DNA of 64,000 nucleotides from Escherichia coli (GTDB lineage Bacteria; Pseudomonadota; Gammaproteobacteria; Enterobacterales; Enterobacteriaceae): NCBI RefSeq assembly GCF_003334785.1, contig NZ_QOWV01000002.1; one strand, 5' to 3'. Shown piece by piece: positions 49,652 to 64,000 of this stretch (position 1 is its first letter; each line of letters starts with the position of its first letter). The notes under the pieces were generated by a model. It saw only the letters and a program-made list of their open reading frames with translations, ran no database searches and was not told where the DNA came from. The position numbers and the translations under genes were made by a program.

Positions 49652-52600
49652 ATGCGGATTATCTTTCTACGCAAGGAGTATTTATCTTTACTCCCGTCAA
49701 TGATTGCATCTCTTTTCTCTGCTAACGGTGTCGCGGCGGTCACTGATTCATGCCAGGGATATGATGTCAAAGCGAGTTGTCAGGCCAGCAGGCAAAGCCT
49801 TTCAGGCATTACGCAGGACTGGAGTATCGCTGATGGGCAATGGCTGGTTTTTTCGGATATGACCAATAACGCCAGCGGTGGGGCCGTATTTTTGCAACAA
49901 GGAGCGGAATTTTCACTATTACCAGAAAATGAAACTGGAATGACTCTGTTTGCCAATAACACCGTTACAGGAGAATATAATAACGGCGGGGCCATATTTG
50001 CTAAAGAAAACTCAACGCTGAATCTTACTGATGTTATTTTTTCCGGTAACGTCGCAGGCGGCTATGGTGGCGCAATCTATTCTTCTGGTACTAACGATAC
50101 TGGTGCCGTCGATTTACGTGTCACTAACGCCATGTTTCGCAATAACATCGCTAATGATGGCAAAGGTGGCGCAATTTATACCATTAATAATGACGTTTAT
50201 TTAAGTGATGTTATTTTTGATAACAACCAGGCATATACATCAACAAGTTACAGTGATGGCGATGGCGGGGCAATCGATGTTACCGATAATAATAGCGACA
50301 GCAAGCATCCTTCAGGTTATACGATAGTAAATAACACTGCCTTTACAAATAACACTGCCGAAGGTTATGGCGGGGCGATATATACCAATAGCGTGACGGC
50401 TCCCTATCTTATTGATATTTCTGTTGATGACAGCTACAGCCAGAACGGAGGCGTGTTAGTCGATGAGAACAATAGCGCAGCAGGCTATGGAGATGGTCCT
50501 TCCTCTGCGGCGGGTGGCTTTATGTATCTCGGCTTAAGTGAAGTTACCTTTGATATTGCCGACGGAAAAACGCTGGTTATTGGCAATACAGAGAATGACG
50601 GAGCTGTTGACTCTATTGCTGGTACCGGGTTAATCACCAAAACAGGTTCCGGCGATCTGGTACTTAATGCAGATAACAATGACTTTACTGGTGAGATGCA
50701 GATTGAAAACGGTGAAGTTACCCTGGGCCGCAGCAACTCCCTGATGAATGTCGGCGATACGCATTGCCAGGACGATCCGCAAGACTGCTACGGTCTGACG
50801 ATAGGGAGTATTGATCAGTATCAGAATCAGGCTGAGCTAAACGTTGGCTCGACCCAACAAACTTTTGTGCACGCATTGACGGGCTTTCAGAATGGCACTT
50901 TAAATATCGATGCTGGTGGCAACGTTACTGTTAATCAGGGCAGTTTTGCTGGCATCATCGAAGGTGCTGGTCAGCTCACCATTGCGCAAAACGGCAGCTA
51001 CGTGCTGGCAGGGGCGCAGTCGATGGCGCTAACCGGCGATATAGTCGTTGATGATGGTGCGGTGCTTTCGCTGGAAGGCGACGCGGCAGATCTTACCGCT
51101 CTCCAGGACGATCCGCAGTCGATCGTGTTAAACGGCGGTGTGCTCGATCTCTCTGATTTCTCCACCTGGCAGAGCGGCACATCATACAACGATGGCCTTG
51201 AAGTCAGTGGCAGCAGCGGAACGGTTATCGGCAGTCAGGATGTGGTAGATCTTGCAGGTGGCGACAATTTGCATATCGGCGGCGACGGGAAAGATGGCGT
51301 CTACGTGGTGGTCGATGCGAGCGACGGGCAGGTAAGTCTGGCAAACAATAATAGTTATTTGGGCACAACACAAATCGCCTCCGGTACGCTGATGGTGAGC
51401 GACAACTCGCAGCTTGGAGATACCCACTATAACCGCCAGGTTATCTTTACCGATAAGCAACAAGAAAGCGTGATGGAGATTACCTCCGACGTTGACACGC
51501 GTTCAGATGCGGCAGGCCACGGACGTGATATTGAAATGCGCGCCGACGGTGAAGTGGCAGTTGATGCGGGGGTAGACACGCAGTGGGGCGCACTGATGGC
51601 TGACAGCAGCGGGCAGCATCAGGATGAGGGTAGCACATTGACTAAAACGGGGGCTGGTACACTGGAGCTGACCGCCAGCGGTACAACGCAGTCGGCGGTA
51701 CGTGTCGAAGAAGGCACCCTGAAAGGTGATGTTGCTGATATCCTTCCTTATGCTTCGTCACTGTGGGTTGGTGATGGGGCAACGTTCGTTACTGGCGCGG
51801 ATCAGGATATTCAGTCAATTGATGCTATTTCCAGCGGCACTATCGACATCAGCGATGGTACGGTTTTGCGCCTGACCGGGCAGGATACTTCCGTCGCCCT
51901 TAATGCCTCACTATTTAACGGCGATGGGACGCTGGTGAATGCCACCGATGGTGTGACGTTGACAGGTGAGCTTAATACCAACCTTGAAACTGACAGCCTG
52001 ACTTATCTTTCCAACGTGACGGTTAATGGCAATCTGACCAATACGTCCGGTGCGGTTAGCCTGCAAAATGGCGTCGCTGGCGATACGCTGACGGTAAACG
52101 GTGATTATACCGGCGGCGGTACGCTACTGCTCGATAGCGAATTAAACGGCGATGACTCGGTAAGCGATCAATTGGTGATGAACGGTAATACTGCTGGCAA
52201 CACAACTGTGGTGGTTAACTCCATTACAGGGATTGGTGAGCCGACATCGACAGGCATTAAAGTGGTTGATTTCGCAGCTGATCCCACGCAGTTTCAAAAC
52301 AATGCGCAGTTCAGTCTGGCAGGCAGCGGCTACGTCAATATGGGAGCGTATGACTACACGCTGGTGGAAGATAACAACGACTGGTATCTGCGATCGCAAG
52401 AAGTAACGCCGCCATCGCCACCTGATCCAGACCCGACTCCCGATCCTGATCCCACGCCGGATCCTGATCCAACACCCGACCCGGAACATACGCCTGCTTA
52501 CCAGCCGGTGTTGAATGCCAAAGTTGGCGGTTATCTCAATAACCTGCGGGCGGCAAATCAGGCGTTTATGATGGAGCGACGCGATCACGCAGGTGGCGAT

Positions 52601-53404
52601 GGTCAGACGCTGAATTTACGTGTTATCGGCGGAGATTATCATTACACAGCAGCGGGGCAACTGGCTCAACATGAAGACACTTCTACGGTGCAACTTAGCG
52701 GCGATCTGTTTAGCGGGCGCTGGGGCACGGATGGCGAGTGGATGCTTGGGATTGTTGGTGGCTACAGCGATAACCAGGGCGACAGCCGCTCGAATATGAC
52801 CGGAACTCGCGCCGATAACCAGAACCACGGTTATGCCGTTGGGCTGACATCAAGCTGGTTTCAGCACGGTAATCAGAAGCAAGGGGCCTGGCTGGATAGC
52901 TGGCTGCAATACGCGTGGTTTAGCAATGATGTTTCCGAACAAGAAGATGGCACAGATCATTACCACTCGTCGGGGATTATCGCCTCGCTGGAGGCGGGGT
53001 ATCAGTGGTTACCGGGGCGTGGTGTGGTGATTGAACCGCAGGCGCAGGTGATTTATCAGGGCGTGCAGCAGGATGATTTTACCGCCGCTAACCGTGCGCG
53101 CGTGTCACAATCGCAGGGTGATGATATTCAGACGCGGCTGGGTTTACACAGCGAATGGCGTACCGCTGTTCATGTCATACCAACATTAGATCTGAATTAT
53201 TATCACGATCCCCATTCGACGGAAATTGAAGAGGATGGCAGCACTATCAGTGACGATGCGGTGAAGCAACGGGGTGAAATAAAAGTGGGAGTCACGGGCA
53301 ATATCAGTCAGCGAGTGTCCCTGCGCGGCAGCGTGGCGTGGCAGAAAGGGAGTGATGATTTTGCCCAGACGGCAGGGTTTTTGTCGATGACGGTGAAATG
53401 GTAA
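49652..53404 (+). CDS. yfaL: AIDA-I-type autotransporter adhesin YfaL
   Basis: 1250-aa ORF: N-terminal signal region, Gly/Asn/Thr-rich beta-helical passenger repeats (GGAIY motifs), Pro-rich linker, C-terminal beta-barrel ending ...FLSMTVKW. Confidence 0.9.
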   Translation: MRIIFLRKEYLSLLPSMIASLFSANGVAAVTDSCQGYDVKASCQASRQSLSGITQDWSIADGQWLVFSDMTNNASGGAVFLQQGAEFSLLPENETGMTLFANNTVTGEYNNGGAIFAKENSTLNLTDVIFSGNVAGGYGGAIYSSGTNDTGAVDLRVTNAMFRNNIANDGKGGAIYTINNDVYLSDVIFDNNQAYTSTSYSDGDGGAIDVTDNNSDSKHPSGYTIVNNTAFTNNTAEGYGGAIYTNSVTAPYLIDISVDDSYSQNGGVLVDENNSAAGYGDGPSSAAGGFMYLGLSEVTFDIADGKTLVIGNTENDGAVDSIAGTGLITKTGSGDLVLNADNNDFTGEMQIENGEVTLGRSNSLMNVGDTHCQDDPQDCYGLTIGSIDQYQNQAELNVGSTQQTFVHALTGFQNGTLNIDAGGNVTVNQGSFAGIIEGAGQLTIAQNGSYVLAGAQSMALTGDIVVDDGAVLSLEGDAADLTALQDDPQSIVLNGGVLDLSDFSTWQSGTSYNDGLEVSGSSGTVIGSQDVVDLAGGDNLHIGGDGKDGVYVVVDASDGQVSLANNNSYLGTTQIASGTLMVSDNSQLGDTHYNRQVIFTDKQQESVMEITSDVDTRSDAAGHGRDIEMRADGEVAVDAGVDTQWGALMADSSGQHQDEGSTLTKTGAGTLELTASGTTQSAVRVEEGTLKGDVADILPYASSLWVGDGATFVTGADQDIQSIDAISSGTIDISDGTVLRLTGQDTSVALNASLFNGDGTLVNATDGVTLTGELNTNLETDSLTYLSNVTVNGNLTNTSGAVSLQNGVAGDTLTVNGDYTGGGTLLLDSELNGDDSVSDQLVMNGNTAGNTTVVVNSITGIGEPTSTGIKVVDFAADPTQFQNNAQFSLAGSGYVNMGAYDYTLVEDNNDWYLRSQEVTPPSPPDPDPTPDPDPTPDPDPTPDPEHTPAYQPVLNAKVGGYLNNLRAANQAFMMERRDHAGGDGQTLNLRVIGGDYHYTAAGQLAQHEDTSTVQLSGDLFSGRWGTDGEWMLGIVGGYSDNQGDSRSNMTGTRADNQNHGYAVGLTSSWFQHGNQKQGAWLDSWLQYAWFSNDVSEQEDGTDHYHSSGIIASLEAGYQWLPGRGVVIEPQAQVIYQGVQQDDFTAANRARVSQSQGDDIQTRLGLHSEWRTAVHVIPTLDLNYYHDPHSTEIEEDGSTISDDAVKQRGEIKVGVTGNISQRVSLRGSVAWQKGSDDFAQTAGFLSMTVKW
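52410..52490 (+). repeat. In-frame short tandem repeat encoding (P-D-P-D-P-T)n linker within yfaL
   Basis: cctgatccagacccgactcccgatcctgatcccacgccggatcctgatccaacacccgac gives PPDPDPTPDPDPTPDPDPTPDPEH. Confidence 0.8.
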
Positions 53405-53420
53405 TCACTGTCTAGTCGGC

Positions 53421-53515
<95 letters not shown>

Positions 53516-53531
53516 CGGCCAAACATCAACC

Positions 53532-54254
53532 TCACTTATTCTGCGTGTGCAGCATATAGTTCACATCCACGCCGGGGCCGAGTTTAAAAGTATTAGTGAT
53601 CGGGTTGTAATGCAGCCCAGTGATATGCCGCTCTTTTAAACTGGTCTGATCCACCCAGCCCAGCAATTCTGCCGGTTTAATAAACTTCTTCACATCATGC
53701 GTGCCTTTGGGCACCATGCGCAAAATATATTCCGCACCAACCACCGCCATCAGCCATGACTTGCCGTTGCGGTTAAGTGTCGAGAAAAAGACATCGCCGC
53801 CTGGTTTCACCAGTTGCGCACAGGCTCTGACCACTGACTGCGGATCGGGGACGTGCTCCAGCATCTCCATGCAGGTCACCACATCATACTGCCCGGCATG
53901 TTTTGCCGCGTGCTCTTCCACGGTTTCCTGCACGTAATCCACCTGAATGCCGCTTTCCAGTGCGTGCAGTTTTGCCACCTGCAATGGCTCAAAGCCCATA
54001 TCCAGACCGGTCACCGTCGCGCCTTCGCGCGCCATACTCTCGGCCAGAATGCCGCCGCCACAACCGACATCGAGCACCTTTTTGCCAAATAAACCGCCAG
54101 CACGCTCGGCAATATAGCCCAGACGCAGCGGGTTAATGCGGTGCAGCGGTTTGAACTCACCTTCCAGATCCCACCAGCGGGAGGCGACGGCTTCAAATTT
54201 AGCGATCTCTTCGTGGTCTACGTTATGGTTTACCGGCGATTTTTCGGCATTCAT
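53532..54254 (-). CDS. ubiG: Ubiquinone biosynthesis O-methyltransferase UbiG
   Basis: Track ORF extends to 54302; start [21 protein letters not shown] at 54254 gives 240 aa; SAM-binding motif [13 protein letters not shown]. Confidence 0.95.
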
Positions 54255-54400
54255 TGGCACTTCTACTCCGTAATTGGCAAGACAAACGAGTATATCAGGC
54301 ATTGGATGTGAATAAAGCGTATAGGTTTACCTCAAACTGCGCGGCTGTGTTATAATTTGCGACCTTTGAATCCGGGATACAGTAGAGGGATAGCGGTTAG

Positions 54401-57028
54401 ATGAGCGACCTTGCGAGAGAAATTACACCGGTCAACATTGAGGAAGAGCTGAAGAGCTCCTATCTGGATTATGCGATGTCGGTCATTGTTGGCCGTGCGC
54501 TGCCAGATGTCCGAGATGGCCTGAAGCCGGTACACCGTCGCGTACTTTACGCCATGAACGTACTAGGCAATGACTGGAACAAAGCCTATAAAAAATCTGC
54601 CCGTGTCGTTGGTGACGTAATCGGTAAATACCATCCCCATGGTGACTCGGCGGTCTATGACACGATCGTCCGCATGGCGCAGCCATTCTCGCTGCGTTAT
54701 ATGCTGGTAGACGGTCAGGGTAACTTCGGTTCTATCGACGGCGACTCTGCGGCGGCAATGCGTTATACGGAAATCCGTCTGGCGAAAATTGCCCATGAAC
54801 TGATGGCCGATCTCGAAAAAGAGACGGTCGATTTCGTTGATAACTATGACGGCACGGAAAAAATTCCGGACGTCATGCCAACCAAAATTCCTAACCTGCT
54901 GGTGAACGGTTCTTCCGGTATCGCCGTAGGTATGGCAACCAACATCCCGCCGCACAACCTGACGGAAGTCATCAACGGTTGTCTGGCGTATATTGATGAT
55001 GAAGACATCAGCATTGAAGGGCTGATGGAACACATCCCGGGGCCGGACTTCCCGACGGCGGCAATCATTAACGGTCGTCGCGGTATTGAAGAAGCTTACC
55101 GTACCGGTCGCGGCAAGGTGTATATCCGCGCTCGCGCAGAAGTGGAAGTTGACGCCAAAACCGGTCGTGAAACCATTATCGTCCACGAAATTCCGTATCA
55201 GGTAAACAAAGCGCGCCTGATCGAGAAGATTGCGGAACTGGTAAAAGAAAAACGCGTGGAAGGCATCAGCGCGCTGCGTGACGAGTCTGACAAAGACGGT
55301 ATGCGCATCGTGATTGAAGTGAAACGCGATGCGGTCGGTGAAGTTGTGCTCAACAACCTCTACTCCCAGACCCAGTTGCAGGTTTCTTTCGGTATCAACA
55401 TGGTGGCATTGCACCATGGTCAGCCGAAGATCATGAACCTGAAAGACATCATCGCGGCGTTTGTTCGTCACCGCCGTGAAGTGGTGACCCGTCGTACTAT
55501 TTTCGAACTGCGTAAAGCTCGCGATCGTGCTCATATCCTTGAAGCATTAGCCGTGGCGCTGGCGAACATCGACCCGATCATCGAACTGATCCGTCATGCG
55601 CCGACGCCTGCAGAAGCGAAAACTGCGCTGGTTGCTAATCCGTGGCAGCTGGGCAACGTTGCCGCGATGCTCGAACGTGCTGGCGACGATGCTGCGCGTC
55701 CGGAATGGCTGGAGCCAGAGTTCGGCGTGCGTGATGGTCTGTACTACCTGACCGAACAGCAAGCTCAGGCGATTCTGGATCTGCGTTTGCAGAAACTGAC
55801 CGGTCTTGAGCACGAAAAACTGCTCGACGAATACAAAGAGCTGCTGGATCAGATCGCGGAACTGTTGCGTATTCTTGGTAGCGCCGATCGTCTGATGGAA
55901 GTGATCCGTGAAGAGCTGGAGCTGGTTCGTGAACAGTTCGGTGACAAACGTCGTACTGAAATCACCGCCAACAGCGCAGACATCAACCTGGAAGATCTGA
56001 TCACCCAGGAAGATGTGGTCGTGACGCTCTCTCACCAGGGCTACGTTAAGTATCAGCCGCTTTCTGAATACGAAGCGCAGCGTCGTGGCGGGAAAGGTAA
56101 ATCTGCCGCACGTATTAAAGAAGAAGACTTTATCGACCGACTGCTGGTGGCGAACACTCACGACCATATTCTGTGCTTCTCCAGCCGTGGTCGCGTCTAT
56201 TCGATGAAAGTTTATCAGTTGCCGGAAGCCACTCGTGGCGCGCGCGGTCGTCCGATCGTCAACCTGCTGCCGCTGGAGCAGGACGAACGTATCACTGCGA
56301 TCCTGCCAGTGACCGAGTTTGAAGAAGGCGTGAAAGTCTTCATGGCGACCGCTAACGGTACCGTGAAGAAAACTGTCCTCACCGAGTTCAACCGTCTGCG
56401 TACCGCCGGTAAAGTGGCGATCAAACTGGTTGACGGCGATGAGCTGATCGGCGTTGACCTGACCAGCGGCGAAGACGAAGTAATGCTGTTCTCCGCTGAA
56501 GGTAAAGTGGTGCGCTTTAAAGAGTCTTCTGTCCGTGCGATGGGCTGCAACACCACCGGTGTTCGCGGTATTCGCTTAGGTGAAGGCGATAAAGTCGTCT
56601 CTCTGATCGTGCCTCGTGGCGATGGCGCAATCCTCACCGCAACGCAAAACGGTTACGGTAAACGTACCGCAGTGGCGGAATACCCAACCAAGTCGCGTGC
56701 GACGAAAGGGGTTATCTCCATCAAGGTTACCGAACGTAACGGTTTAGTTGTTGGCGCGGTACAGGTAGATGACTGCGACCAGATCATGATGATCACCGAT
56801 GCCGGTACGCTGGTACGTACTCGCGTTTCGGAAATCAGCATCGTGGGCCGTAACACCCAGGGCGTGATCCTCATCCGTACTGCGGAAGATGAAAACGTAG
56901 TGGGTCTGCAACGTGTTGCTGAACCGGTTGACGAGGAAGATCTGGATACCATCGACGGCAGTGCCGCGGAAGGGGACGATGAAATCGCTCCGGAAGTGGA
57001 CGTTGACGACGAGCCAGAAGAAGAATAA
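54401..57028 (+). CDS. gyrA: DNA gyrase subunit A
   Basis: 875-aa [53 protein letters not shown]...; active-site and QRDR regions recognisable; acidic C-terminal tail. Confidence 0.97.
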
Positions 57029-57047
57029 TTTTACTTCTTCATGCCAA

Positions 57048-57105
57048 AAGGGAGCTATCTCCCTTGTTTGAATTGAAAAGTCCAGGCTGCAAAGTCTGGG
57101 CTTTT
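57048..57105 (+). terminator. Tandem hairpins downstream of gyrA (terminator candidates)
   Basis: aagggag-ctat-ctccctt followed by GTTTG; second weaker hairpin tccaggctgcaaagtctggg followed by CTTTTG. Confidence 0.45.
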
Positions 57106-57176
57106 GTCGTATTAGGGCACGGTAAAGTTTGGCTGTGCCCGTAAAAAATGGCTGGCTATACACAAGGAATGTGGCA

Positions 57177-64000
<6,824 letters not shown>

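Noticed and set aside
54563-55534. 323-aa ORF antisense to gyrA (and 55547..56167)
   Set aside because: Shadow ORFs inside gyrA; the gyrA frame is unambiguous.

Overview
This window reads as a contiguous stretch of Escherichia coli K-12-like chromosome, in reverse orientation to the usual map, running from the end of nuoL to most of yfaS. I assigned genes by recognising the translated ORFs and matching their lengths to the products I recall; I could not run any database search. Gene order is nuoL(3' part)-nuoM-nuoN, the yfbP-yfbO-yfbN-yfbM-yfbL-yfbK cluster, elaD, rbn, elaA, elaB, menFDHBCE, pmrD, arnFETDACB (minus strand), ais, nudI, yfaZ, yfaY, rhmRDTA, ypaA, yfaD/rpnE, glpCBA (minus) and glpTQ (plus), a LysR-fragment (yfaH-like), inaA, yfaE-nrdB-nrdA (minus), yfaL, ubiG, gyrA, yfaA-yfaT-yfaS. 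I found no rRNA, tRNA, CRISPR array, IS element or prophage, and no inserted foreign block that would constitute an obviously new system. The most notable observations are: (1) elaD and rhmT are each split by a single-base deletion, and restoring one base reproduces the 403-aa and 429-aa lengths I recall for the intact proteins; (2) the yfaA-yfaT-yfaS alpha-2-macroglobulin-like operon has an open yfaS frame to the window end; (3) ypaA is a tandem duplicate of the yfaD/rpnE 3' end, with an SD-ATG inside yfaD that could express the same tail; (4) the yfbP-elaD segment looks AT-rich and YfbN carries two EF-Ts-N/UBA-like motifs. The ORF track only lists ORFs with both a start and a stop inside the window, so the truncated nuoL 5' end and the yfaS ORF that runs off the 3' edge are absent from it. 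Several track ORFs begin upstream of the likely true start; I give my preferred starts. GC statements are by eye, not computed.
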